DNA of 45,895 nt from Thraustochytrium aureum (Eukaryota). The position numbers and the translations under genes are program-made. A model generated the notes under the pieces. That model was not told the DNA's origin, did no database searches, and was given only the letters and a program-made list of their open reading frames with translations. Shown here one piece after another: positions 1-10,411 of this stretch. The stretch covers positions 238,990 to 284,884 of the forward strand of contig BLSG01000080.1 in assembly GCA_012862495.1 (NCBI GenBank), read 5' to 3'. Position 1 is the first letter of the stretch, and each line of letters begins with the position of its first letter.

Positions 1-1040
1 GGAGTCTGCAAGTGTATTCAACCAACAGCCAATTCAAGCGCATCGCGCTGCAGGCAGTTGCCTACTGCCTTTCGCACGAGGAGATTAAGGAACTCGAGGA
101 CGCGTTCAAGGTCTTGGACCGCGACTCTGACGGGTACATTTCCTACGAAGAGCTCCGCGACGAGCTCTCGCGCCACCACAAGCTCAGCGCGCAGGAGTGC
201 CACACGATTTTTGATGCAATCGACTTTGACCGCACCGGCAAGATACACTTTAACGAGTTCATCGCCGCGGCCCTCAACGAGAGCTACTACCACGACGAGA
301 CGGTCATGCAGCACGCGTTCGACCGGCTGGACCTCGACAAGGACGGCCTCATAGACCTTTGCGAGATGAAGACTATGTTTGGCCAGCAGATCGAGGACGC
401 CGACTATGTCACCGAGATCATGGACGAGATTGTGCGGAAGAATGAGGCGCGGGGCCTCAAGGGCAAGCTAACTGTGCAGGACTTTTTTGCCATCATGCGC
501 CAGGGCCACGAAGAGACGATTGCCTCTGTGCCCTCTCGTGGGGTGCCAGAGGTCGACACGACGTTCGACTCGGACGATGAAGAGTTTCTCAGTGAAGACG
601 ACACCCACTTTCCCGGCCATGCGAACGGAGGCGCGCGCGACGAGGAGGACGGCCCTAGCGCGCTTCCCACTCCGCCCGCCTTGCAAGCTGCGCAGTCGCC
701 CAAGCTCAGGCAGCCCGCTTTGCAGAGCGCAGGTGAGCTGCCCGCGCCTCCAGGGTCGGCTGCGGGTCTGCGGGGAGGTGCAGCTCAGCTCGCCGCCCCA
801 GACTCGAACGGTGTTGGCGGAGCGCTTCCAGGGGGCTGTGAAGCGGAAGATGCGACCAGCTTTATCCAAGGGTTCAACAATCCGTCGCTTGACGCATGCA
901 CAACTGGCACCGCTGCGGAGTCTACAGAGTTTGGGGTGAGCTGTGACGACTTGGCCAAGGGCGGTGAGGGCACGGACGAAATTGATCGGTTCGTCTCTGC
1001 CAACTCGAGCACCATCGCCTCGACGTTATCCAGCACCTAG
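1..1040 (+). CDS. Calcium-dependent protein kinase (CDPK), C-terminal part: junction region, calmodulin-like domain with EF-hands, and a long low-complexity tail (5' truncated)
   Basis: Frame is open from the window start: SLQVYSTNSQFKRIALQAVAY (autoinhibitory junction), then EF-hand loops DRDSDGYISYEE, DFDRTGKIHFNE and DLDKDGLIDLCE plus a degenerate fourth. Stop TAG at 1038-1040. Confidence 0.85.
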   Translation, partial: SLQVYSTNSQFKRIALQAVAYCLSHEEIKELEDAFKVLDRDSDGYISYEELRDELSRHHKLSAQECHTIFDAIDFDRTGKIHFNEFIAAALNESYYHDETVMQHAFDRLDLDKDGLIDLCEMKTMFGQQIEDADYVTEIMDEIVRKNEARGLKGKLTVQDFFAIMRQGHEETIASVPSRGVPEVDTTFDSDDEEFLSEDDTHFPGHANGGARDEEDGPSALPTPPALQAAQSPKLRQPALQSAGELPAPPGSAAGLRGGAAQLAAPDSNGVGGALPGGCEAEDATSFIQGFNNPSLDACTTGTAAESTEFGVSCDDLAKGGEGTDEIDRFVSANSSTIASTLSST

Positions 1041-1252
1041 ATTCAGCCAAATTTCGGGCTCGTCAGAGTGCTGGCCGACGCGGTCCGGTGACCCCGCGTC
1101 GGGCTGCCATTGAGGCTTCTGTGTCCACCCTAGTAGTATCCGTTAGATCCGGTGAGAAACAACTTGAAGATCAACTTTCGTCCGTCCTTGGCGGAGATCG
1201 CGGGACTGGCCGCGAGCCCCGCATCCCAGGACGCCTTGCACGCGATCTCGGA

Positions 1253-1320
1253 GCCTCAGCAGCAGCACCAATATCACCAGCAGCACCAACACCAGCACCA
1301 GTATCGCCAGCAGCAGCACG
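1253..1320 (+). repeat. CAG/CAC-rich low-complexity tract (Gln/His-rich if coding)
   Basis: cagcagcagcaccaatatcaccagcagcaccaacaccagcaccag translates to QQQHQYHQQHQHQHQ. Confidence 0.7.
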
Positions 1321-1434
1321 AGTTGCACGTGGCACTGCAAGATGGGCACATGATGACAACGTCCCCGCGGACTCGCAAGGCTTCAGTCGAGTTCGCGTCA
1401 AATGAAAACGAACAAGTGGAGGTGGGGCATACCT

Positions 1435-2089
1435 GGCTCTGGAGAGGGCAGCGAAAACCTTTCGACAAAAGAAAACCGTGGAGACCAAGCACGGGCGGTT
1501 TTTCTGAGGAAGGAGGCGCGGTGCACAACGTGCCAAATGACGAGCGCCATCGCCTACCTGCCCTCGCGCGGGATCGTTCATCGCGACCTCAAGCTGGAGA
1601 ACTTTGTGTGCCGCGAGAAGGGCGGCAGCGACCTCGTCCTGATCGACTTTGGCCTCTCGGTCAAGTACAACCCGACCGACGCCGACGACAACCAAGGTAT
1701 GATGCACGACCTGGATGGGTCCTTGTACTATATTGCGCCGGAGGTCCTGCCTGAGGAAGAGCTACGGCATCGAGTGCGACGTGTGGTCCCTCGGCGTGAT
1801 AGTGTACATGCTGCTCTCCGGCACGCCGCCCTTTCAGGGCGAGACTGAGCAGAAGATCATGGCCTCCGCTCTCACGGGGGTCTACTCAATGTCGCGCCCC
1901 GTCTGGATGACCATCAGCGAGGACGCCAAAGACTTGTCCGCCGGTGCTTGGTGAAAGACGTGCGCAAGCGCTTCACTGCCAAGGAGGCGCTCAACCACCC
2001 GTGGCTGCAGGCCGACGACTCGCGGCTTTCTGGCTCAGGCTCGGAGAGTAGCGCTTCCATGAAGGGTGGACTGGCCGAGGAGATGGTGC
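1435..2089 (+). CDS. CDPK/CAMK-type kinase domain, C-lobe fragment (frameshifted, runs into a gap)
   Basis: [51 protein letters not shown] and [12 protein letters not shown] are spread over three frames, with shifts near 1750 and 1933. The 1435-1510 part is degraded but still resembles LFDK..KHGRFSE.EAR. Confidence 0.85.
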
Positions 2090-2441
2090 NNNNNNNNNNN
2101 NNNNNNNNNNNNNNNNNNNNNNNNNNNNNNNNNNNNNNNNNNNNNNNNNNNNNNNNNNNNNNNNNNNNNNNNNNNNNNNNNNNNNNNNNNNNNNNNNNNN
2201 NNNNNNNNNNNNNNNNNNNNNNNNNNNNNNNNNNNNNNNNNNNNNNNNNNNNNNNNNNNNNNNNNNNNNNNNNNNNNNNNNNNNNNNNNNNNNNNNNNNN
2301 NNNNNNNNNNNNNNNNNNNNNNNNNNNNNNNNNNNNNNNNNNNNNNNNNNNNNNNNNNNNNNNNNNNNNNNNNNNNNNNNNNNNNNNNNNNNNNNNNNNN
2401 NNNNNNNNNNNNNNNNNNNNNNNNNNNNNNNNNNNNNNNNN

Positions 2442-3949
2442 AGCACGAACTGTACGTGGGGCCGCAAGATGAGCACATGATGTCAATGGCCCTATCATCA
2501 TGGGAGACTGGTCCAGCGTCTCGCTGCGAGGAACCAGCGGAAGGGGCAGCCTCGCCCTTCCGAAGGCGGGCATGCTCTGCAGATGGGGGCAGGAGGAGAT
2601 TGGACAGTGCTTCCCAACTGCGGGTAGCGAATGCAGCTGCGGCAAGAGACGCAGTGCAAGAGCTCGCCCGCGGACTTGCACGGCTTCAGGACGTGGGCGA
2701 CGAGTTCACGGCGAAAGTAGAAGTGGAGGTAAAGCGCCGCGAAAAGCTGAAAGAAGAGTGCACGCGACTACGGTGCGACATCGCAAAGCTCGACAAGCAG
2801 CTGAAACTGAGCAAGACGGACGGGTCCACCAAGGCTGCTCTGAAGAGTGCAGTGCGACATGTTGAGCAACGCATTTACGTCGCACAAAAGCACAGGAGTC
2901 AGCTGGACGTCAAAGCCGAGCAGCTCAGAGGCGAGATCGACCACGCCCGCCGAGACGTCATGTACCAAGACGGGCGGCGCCTGAGCCTGGAAGCCGAGCT
3001 CGAAACGCACAAACACCGTGTCGCCGATCTCGTCGAGACCGCCAACCGAGACTTTGCCAAGCGCGAGACCGCGATGGCCTCCATCCGCGACTTGGAAAAG
3101 AAGCACGCGATGATGAGCAACGAGTTCGAAAAGGAATGGAACGCGCTCGGCAAGGTGATGGAGGACAAGGAGGACAAGTACCAAAAAGAGTTTATTCGGC
3201 TCAAGCTATGCTCGCCAAACGCGACCAAGGACATGGAGACCAACATCATCAAAAAGTTCCGTCAAGACGAAGTTCGGCTCAAGAAAGCCGTAATCGCCGG
3301 GAACTGGGCCACAGCGAAATCGCGCATTGCGACCAAGATTTTCAACGAGAAGGTCCACACCTTTGAGGAGGCCTTCAGCAAGGTTCAGGCGATCACCGGC
3401 GTCGAGTCGCTCGAGGACCTCGTCGACTACATGACAAAGGCCGAGGACAGAAACTACCGCGCCTTCAACCACCTCGCAGACGTCAACACGGAGATTGCCA
3501 AGCTCGAGCACTCGAACGCGGCGCTTCACCAGCAGATCGACGAAGGCCACAACCAGTGCAGCGTTTTCTCCCAGTTCAAGCGCCAGGTCATCCGCGAGCT
3601 CAAAACAAAGTTCGATCAGGCCACCAGCGACACTGCCACGCTGTTGCGGACCTGGGAGGAGTTCACTTGCAAGATCGACGGCTACAAGCCGCACGTCAGG
3701 GATATTTTCCGGCTTGTGGACTGCTCTATGTTCCCTATCGCAGACACGATAAACTTGGACGACCTCAGCGACAACGAGATGCTGTCTTGTCTGGGCGTCA
3801 TCGAGCAGCGCGTGAACGAGATTGTCCACATGTTCAACCTCGTGGCCGGCGTAGCGCGAGACAAGGCGCGCGATCTCGACACATACCAGACGTTTTTCAC
3901 CGCAGACGTCGATCTTGACGCACTCGGGTGCAACCCGGCCCCCTCGTAA
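2442..3949 (+). CDS. Outer dynein arm docking complex coiled-coil protein (ODAD1/CCDC114/CCDC63, Chlamydomonas ODA1/DC2-like); 5' end uncertain
   Basis: Long coiled-coil ORF with family-like segments FEEAFSKVQAITGVESLEDLVDYMTKAEDRNYRAFNHL and NEMLSCLGVIEQRVNEI. Stop TAA at 3947-3949. Confidence 0.75.
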
Positions 3950-4453
3950 CTGGACCGGCCGGCACAGACGTCGACGCAGCCACACCTAGCGGAGGGGATC
4001 CGGCGCTTGGNNNNNNNNNNNNNNNNNNNNNNNNNNNNNNNNNNNNNNNNNNNNNNNNNNNNNNNNNNNNNNNNNNNNNNNNNNNNNNNNNNNNNNNNNN
4101 NNNNNNNNNNNNNNNNNNNNNNNNNNNNNNNNNNNNNNNNNNNNNNNNNNNNNNNNNNNNNNNNTCGACAGGCCGCGAGGCCTATCCATCGGGCCGACAT
4201 AGAGCAGCAGTGGCTGCTGTCTCAATCAGAGGTGTAAAAGGCCCCCCCGCAAGCTGCTGCGGGGCGTCGTTCGTTTGGGCTCACGACATGTATGTATCAC
4301 AGAAGAGCGTGTAAGAGGTTCTATTTGCAGTCTTTTCGACGGAGCGCAACCGGAAGGGGCCACTCCCTTGCTCGAGAGCCTTCCTCCAGCTCTCGCCCCC
4401 AGCTGTCAGCGGTGCGCCACCTGGCGGCGCAGCGAGTTGGTGGCGCAACGCGA

Positions 4454-4825
4454 TCAAGCCGCCTTTGGCTTTTTCGCTGCCCCGCCTTGCCCAATCCCCG
4501 AGGATGCCTTGGTCTTCCCCGCGGCTTCGGCTTGCTCTTTCGCCGCGTCAGCTGCCAGAGCGCCTGCGTCGTCGACGAGCGCGTTGAGAAACGCGGTCGA
4601 CTCCGTCCTCGCCTTCAACACAGCCTTACCCAGCGCGTCAAACGGGGTGCCCCGCCTCGGTTCAGGAAGTTGGCCGTGGTCGTGCCGCCCCGTGTACACG
4701 GTCGCAAACCGGTCCTCTGCCGCCCCAGTTGGCACGGCCGTGGGGTCAACGAGGTCGTCCAAGGACTCGCACTTGAAAGCGTATTTTTCTTCGCCGTCCA
4801 CGAAGACCGTGACGCTGGTCTCCAT
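4454..4825 (-). CDS. Small hypothetical protein (123 aa)
   Basis: ATG at 4825 gives METSVTVFVDGEEKYAF...KKPKAA*. Composition is protein-like with a basic C-terminus. The gene is head-to-head with the LRR gene. Confidence 0.55.
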   Translation of the reverse strand: METSVTVFVDGEEKYAFKCESLDDLVDPTAVPTGAAEDRFATVYTGRHDHGQLPEPRRGTPFDALGKAVLKARTESTAFLNALVDDAGALAADAAKEQAEAAGKTKASSGIGQGGAAKKPKAA

Positions 4826-5383
4826 CAGCCCTCGCCAGCAAGCCGCGTCCTGCGCGCGCTCCAGCAGCAAGGTCCCTCAAGCGCGCCCGCGCGGCGCCTG
4901 GAGAGCAGGGGTACAAGCGCGTCTGGCGCCGCAGCATTTGCGCGCCAATAAGGATTGCGGGGTCGAGACCCGTTCCGGCCAAACCAGCTGCGCGCGCAGG
5001 CGACGGCGCTCGGCGGCCCTCCGGTGCAAGCTGCAAGGCGCGTAGAGCCAGGCCCTCTTCACCCGCGGCCCAGCTGGCGCTCGCTGGAATTCTGAGCGGC
5101 CCAAGTTGTTGTGACAGCCGCTTTGGCGCAATTGGCATTGATCCGTTTTGTGCCTAACTGATTGCAATCCATCCTCGAGGTGGGCCGAGCTCGTTCGAGG
5201 CTATAGCGCAAGGCCGCATGCGCGGAGGAGCGGAACAGCAGAGGAGCTTGGTCGAAGGGCTGCAGGAGGACTGCCGGCCGGTGCGGGCAACGCGCCGCAG
5301 AAGCGTGCGCCTTCAGGCGACGGTGTGCGAGCAGGCAGGCAGGCAAGCAGAAGGAAAAAAGGAAGGAAGGAAGGAAGGACACG

Positions 5384-7117
5384 ATGGCATATGCAGCGCG
5401 GTTCGTCGATGAGAATGGCTTGGAGGTCAAGCAGACGCGAATGGTGACGGATCCCGACCTCGGCGTGATCATATCGCCGCTGGTGACCGATAAAACGCTC
5501 AACGAGGTGCTGCGCACGAAAAACGTGACCCGGATCAACCTCGAAGCGATGCCGTGGCTCTCAGAGGACAGCCTAGTATCGGTGCCAAGACTGTGCGGCG
5601 GAAGGCTAGAGGCCATCGTGTTCGACCGCTGCACGCAAGTCTCCGACCGCGTTCTTCAACACGTTGCCTGGCACGCACCGGTCCTCGAAGAGCTCTCCCT
5701 GCGCGACTGCCCGAATGTCACCATTGCCGGAGTCCTCGAAGTCTTGCGAGCGTGCAAGCAGCTGAAAAGTCTGGATCTCTCACGCAACCCCAACCTCTTG
5801 TGCGTGCCTGAGGCTAGCACCGACGACGACCTGATACAGTTGTACGACGAATCCGTGCCCAAGTGCCTCCGGCAACAAGCGGAGATCCAGACCTGTCGCG
5901 ACACGAGAAACAAAGCCCGTGAGCTCGCCCTTGCAAGGCAAGACCTCTGCGAGCTAATCAGTGCGTTATCGCTTGAGAGTCTTGGGATGGATGGCGTCCG
6001 CGGCGTTGACGACGACCTCATTGCAAGCATGTTCCAGCCGCCTGGCCGCGCTCTCGTGACTCGCTTAAATAGATCACGCAGTGCGCCAAACGCTAGTCTT
6101 CAGAGCCTAGATGTCAAGGCGTCGGACGGCGCTCGGGTTCCAGAAAGCGCAGACGATGCATCTATGGAGCCCACTGAAACCGAGCACGATGTTCAGGAGA
6201 CCAAACTGGACGAGACAATCGCAGGAAGCTTGGAGGGCACTGTTTTCGCAGATCGGCATGCCGCGGCAACAACGTCGACTTCTGTTGAGGGCAAAGAGCG
6301 CGATGAAGAAAATTCAGAATTTACCTGGCCGATCCAAACGACAAAAGCTGAACCAAAGAGCGCGGAGGCAGGCACTTTGAGCGCGTGCGGCGCCGCGCTG
6401 CGACATTTGAGCATTGCAGGGTGCGAGAACGTGACAGGAGAGGGCGTTGCAAACCTGGCAGACTGCTGCCCCAACTTGGAGCACCTCGACATCTCGCTCA
6501 CGCTCGGTGGCACGCACGAGGCGATCGAGGCGCTCGCGCTCCAGTGCAAGCAGCTCCGATGGCTCGACCTCACGGGATCGCTGGCACTGGGCAACGAGGC
6601 GCTCGCCGCGCTTGTCGAGATGCACGGCGACAGCCTTGAGCGCCTTGTCCTGGCTAGTTGCACGCAGCTGGGGGCAGGGGCGCCAGCACTCCTTGCCACA
6701 CACTGCGTCGCCCTCAAAGAACTTGTGCTGACACGATGTGTGGGAATCCCTGCGGAGGAATTCGCGGCTCTCGGGGACGGCAAAGCACTGGAGAGCCTGC
6801 AGGTCCTCGATATCACGGCGTGCTATCAGCTTGATGCAGCCCAAGTGGAGGATCTCGCCGCTGCACTCGCGGAGCGCAGCCGACCGGCACGCGTCGTGTG
6901 GCCAAGGTCCAAGGCGGTAGGGGACCCTAACTCTGGCGGACTGGTCCAGGGATGGCGGCCGCTTCCGGTGAGCCAGCAACTCAAAACGATTGCCAAAGAC
7001 GCAGCGAAGAAGGGCTCGTCGAGCAAAAAGGGAAATGCCAAGGGCAAGAAAAATAGCTGCCAAGCGCCTGCGCAAAATCGTCACCTGGTGGCGGCCGGTT
7101 CGCGACGACGCCCTTAA
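5384..7117 (+). CDS. Leucine-rich repeat protein (Cys-containing LRR, FBXL/AMN1-like)
   Basis: Repeats such as LEELSLRDCPNVT, LRHLSIAGCENVT, LEHLDISLT, LERLVLASCTQL and LQVLDITACYQL flank a central acidic linker. The true stop may be TAG at 7054-7056 (…KGKKK*) if one A is missing from the A-run. Confidence 0.8.
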   Translation: MAYAARFVDENGLEVKQTRMVTDPDLGVIISPLVTDKTLNEVLRTKNVTRINLEAMPWLSEDSLVSVPRLCGGRLEAIVFDRCTQVSDRVLQHVAWHAPVLEELSLRDCPNVTIAGVLEVLRACKQLKSLDLSRNPNLLCVPEASTDDDLIQLYDESVPKCLRQQAEIQTCRDTRNKARELALARQDLCELISALSLESLGMDGVRGVDDDLIASMFQPPGRALVTRLNRSRSAPNASLQSLDVKASDGARVPESADDASMEPTETEHDVQETKLDETIAGSLEGTVFADRHAAATTSTSVEGKERDEENSEFTWPIQTTKAEPKSAEAGTLSACGAALRHLSIAGCENVTGEGVANLADCCPNLEHLDISLTLGGTHEAIEALALQCKQLRWLDLTGSLALGNEALAALVEMHGDSLERLVLASCTQLGAGAPALLATHCVALKELVLTRCVGIPAEEFAALGDGKALESLQVLDITACYQLDAAQVEDLAAALAERSRPARVVWPRSKAVGDPNSGGLVQGWRPLPVSQQLKTIAKDAAKKGSSSKKGNAKGKKNSCQAPAQNRHLVAAGSRRRP

Positions 7118-7250
7118 CGGCGCTTTGGGGCTCCCCAGCGGCGGGTCCAAGGGCAGGTCTCGGTGATACGATGGCGCAAGGCAACCGACGTGCGAGCCCC
7201 ACTGGCCGATGCTCAACACACACACAGCAAAAGCTATAATGAAGAGACTC

Positions 7251-8084
7251 TTAGAGGTCAAAATCTTCCTCCATCGTATCTACACTACGCTGGTGCGCAC
7301 CATTCGGGTACGCCGTTGTCGCTACCCTAGGAAGCTCTTGATCGCCGCACGCCCCGTGGCCGAAAACGCCATGCTGCTGCGAATCGTGCTCGCGTCGTTC
7401 CGGCTCTGCTTGGGCATGCCCCCCGCGGAATTCAGTCGCGCGAGACCCGACACCGCTCGAGTCGCTCGAACCCCAAGCGGTGCGGGGGGCCAGGGCGCTC
7501 GGGCCGCGGCCCCGAGCGCTCATTGACCCGTCTAGTTTCTGCAGAGAACCGGCCGCGGCGCCTCCCTCTTGCCCGAAAAACATCATCCGACCACCGTCCA
7601 CGGCGAACTGGGCCCCGTGGTGCGACCCACTCGACGACCTGCTCGGCGGCCTGCTCGGGAGACTTTTGGCGCTCTCGCGGAGGGCGGTCTGCTCGTCACT
7701 CGAAGGGAACGTGGGCGGCGCCTGTTGCCGGCCGTCTTTGACCGTCCCGGAGCCACCGAGGAACCCAGCGCCCTGGCGATGCCCGTTCCCCTGCCCCCCC
7801 TGACGTCTCTCCGCGTTGAGCTGAGCGTGCCTTAGCCGCACGGCGCGCTCATGGTGCAGCTTCCTGAGCAGGCTATTCCACTGCGCATAACTGTACATTT
7901 GCCTGAGCTCCTCGGTGTCCCTCGCAGGGATAAACCCGAACGACTCGTCGTCCGCGGAGTACAGCGGAGAGTTCAGGCGCAGCTTTTTGATCCCGCCGTC
8001 CACCAGGTCGCCGACGACGCGGGCCTCCCCGCTCTGCTGCCCCTTCGGTTGCCCAATGGACGCGCGGTCGCGCTTGCCCGCCAT
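7251..8084 (-). CDS. Hypothetical low-complexity protein
   Basis: ATG at 8084 (MAGKRDR…). Contains one helical motif, YAQWNSLLRKLHHERAVR, and ends MEEDFDL*. It converges on the LRR gene across a short AT-richer spacer. Confidence 0.5.
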   Translation of the reverse strand: MAGKRDRASIGQPKGQQSGEARVVGDLVDGGIKKLRLNSPLYSADDESFGFIPARDTEELRQMYSYAQWNSLLRKLHHERAVRLRHAQLNAERRQGGQGNGHRQGAGFLGGSGTVKDGRQQAPPTFPSSDEQTALRESAKSLPSRPPSRSSSGSHHGAQFAVDGGRMMFFGQEGGAAAGSLQKLDGSMSARGRGPSALAPRTAWGSSDSSGVGSRATEFRGGHAQAEPERREHDSQQHGVFGHGACGDQELPRVATTAYPNGAHQRSVDTMEEDFDL

Positions 8085-9373
8085 CTGCCCCTGCAGCCGC
8101 GGCTCGCTTGGCGACCCCCCACTCGCACGCACTGCGACCCCCAGCAGCAATCAGCAGGCCGAAGCGGGCGCGCTCACTCAGCCTCGCCTGGCGATACTCG
8201 CCGCACAGCGCCGCTGCCGTGCTCGCGGAGCTCGCGCTCGCTCGAATCGCTCTGTTCTGAACTGCAAACCNNNNNNNNNNNNNNNNNNNNNNNNNNNNNN
8301 NNNNNNNNNNNNNNNNNNNNNNNNNNNNNNNNNNNNNNNNNNNNNNNNNNNNNNNNNNNNNNNNNNNNNNNNNNNNNNNNNNNNNNNNNNNNNNNNNNNN
8401 NNNNNNNNNNNNNNNNNNNNNNNNNNNNNNNNNNNNNNNNNNNNNNNNNNNNNNNNNNNNNNNNNNNNNNNNNNNNNNNNNNNNNNNNNNNNNNNNNNNN
8501 NNNNNNNNNNNNNNNNNNNNNNNNNNNNNNNNNNNNNNNNNNNNNNNNNNNNNNNNNNNNNNNNNNNNNNNNNNNNNNNNNNNNNNNNNNNNNNNNNNNN
8601 NNNNNNNNNNNNGATCCGCTGTGAGACTCTGACGTGGCACGGGTCGGCACGCGCGAGCGCCGACACAGCCTCATGGCAAGGCGGGGATGACGAATTCGCC
8701 TCCGCTCGAGGAACTCTGATCGGCGGTTGCCGGGTTGGTTTGGGGCACGACACTCTCAGCTTGGGTGAAAGCGACATTCGCCGTCATTGCTGGCAAGCGC
8801 AAGGCAGGACATTGAGCACTCTTTCAAGGTCAAATAGGTACAAACGAGCAACAAACAAGGAACAGCGTCCTGAGCGCTTGGTTGGGCCGACGAGCGCACA
8901 TGGGTGCAAGGACAAGAATCGCCCCAAAGCCAGCTCAGGCCATAATCCGCGGAAGTACCCGGATTCCTCATCTGCGTCTCGACGTTTGCATCAAGGAGGC
9001 ATCGAGTTGGTTGCTCAAGTCGGTCATGCCAGTGGTGGTGCTAAGTAGGTAAAGGTAGTAGAGTACCTTCACTGTGTCTCGCTTCGCCGAGCCGCTCGCT
9101 GGTTGCAAGGAGGATCCGTGCTGGCTGACGACAGCGAGGCACGCAGTGGGTACCTCGAGTACTTCCCGCTAGTACCTACCTGAAGACCTCCCCTCGTTGC
9201 TTCCAGCGACGCGTCGGAAAGGCCTCATCAATCGAGGACTCGCCATGCTTGAAGCAAGGACCGGCTTGAGCACGGCATGGTGCTGCTGGCCACTGAGACG
9301 AAACAAACCCGCAACGCGAGCTTCGACCACTACCAGCTGCCGTAAAGTAGGCAACGCCCGTTCCAAATTGCCG

Positions 9374-10411
9374 ATGGCGCCCTCAACGATGCTCGGTCGA
9401 GGCGCTCGCCTCGCTTACGAGTACCGCGTGGCCATCGCTTTCGCCAGCGGCTGCCTCGCGGTCACGCTAGGCCTCATCATCGCAGATGCTGCGATCGGCA
9501 AGACGGACCCATGGGCCCACCCAGCGCCAGACACGCGCTGCGAGAAGGCGCGGCCTGTCAGCTTCCTGCGCGAGTGGGCCAACTCGCTGTCCAACTTGGG
9601 TTTTGTTTTCACCGGCGCGTACGCCATTGTTGCGGCATGGTGGGACCATTCGCGGATGCCGCAGAAGGTCGAAGGAAGCGCTCGCTGTTTCGCCGACTTT
9701 CCGCTGTTCACGCCCATCTTTGGCACGTCGTGCATCTTCCTCGGGTTTGGGTCATTCTACTATCACGCCTGCAACGGCGCTTGCCCGAATGGGAGCAACC
9801 TCGACCTGATGGGCATCTTCTTGGTCATCTGGTCTCTGCTCGTGTCATTGCCGCTGTTCTTACTTGTGGTGAGTGGAAAGTTGGACTCGTGGACCGCGGC
9901 CACGTCAAAGCGCGTTTCGGCAGTCGGCTGGTTCGCGCAGGTGATCGGCTGGGCCGTGTCTGCCAATTGGCAGACGATCTTTGGGCCAATCGGCATGGCC
10001 AACCTGAAAATCGTCATGGTTGGTGTCTTTGCGCTCCTCCTGGCTGGACTCGCGTTCGGCGCGATCGTAGCGCGCTGCCGCAACCTCAAGCCAAACTTCG
10101 ACTATGTCCTTATTCCGGTCGGAACCAGCTGGCTCATCATCGCCGTACTGGTTTGGATGCCTGAGGAGATCCAGGGGCGCTGCCCCGCCACGGAAGCCGA
10201 AATGCACGCTTTGTGGCACGCCGCGTTGGCCTTGGCGCTCTGCTCTCTGTTCCAGTACCTGCGCACGCTCAACTCGCCCGTCGCGGCCGAGGTCGGGCTG
10301 TGGGGCTCGGTCTTCTTCAAAGACCGCGCGAGTGCCTCGGACGCCAACATCAGCCCAGCGACGCTGGAGGAGGGCGCCACAAAGCCCAACGCCATGAGCG
10401 TCGAGCTCTAG
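9374..10411 (+). CDS. Ceramidase-like / CREST-superfamily multi-pass membrane protein
   Basis: CE…FLREWANSLSNLGF, GFGSFYYHAC (SxxxH), DLMGI and HALWH (HxxWH) are putative Zn-binding motifs. About 8 hydrophobic segments. Confidence 0.75.
   Translation: MAPSTMLGRGARLAYEYRVAIAFASGCLAVTLGLIIADAAIGKTDPWAHPAPDTRCEKARPVSFLREWANSLSNLGFVFTGAYAIVAAWWDHSRMPQKVEGSARCFADFPLFTPIFGTSCIFLGFGSFYYHACNGACPNGSNLDLMGIFLVIWSLLVSLPLFLLVVSGKLDSWTAATSKRVSAVGWFAQVIGWAVSANWQTIFGPIGMANLKIVMVGVFALLLAGLAFGAIVARCRNLKPNFDYVLIPVGTSWLIIAVLVWMPEEIQGRCPATEAEMHALWHAALALALCSLFQYLRTLNSPVAAEVGLWGSVFFKDRASASDANISPATLEEGATKPNAMSVEL

Noticed and set aside
7494..7521. GC-rich hairpin gcgctcggg-ccgcggc-cccgagcgc
   Set aside because: It lies inside an ORF, has no U-tract, and is expected by chance at this GC content.
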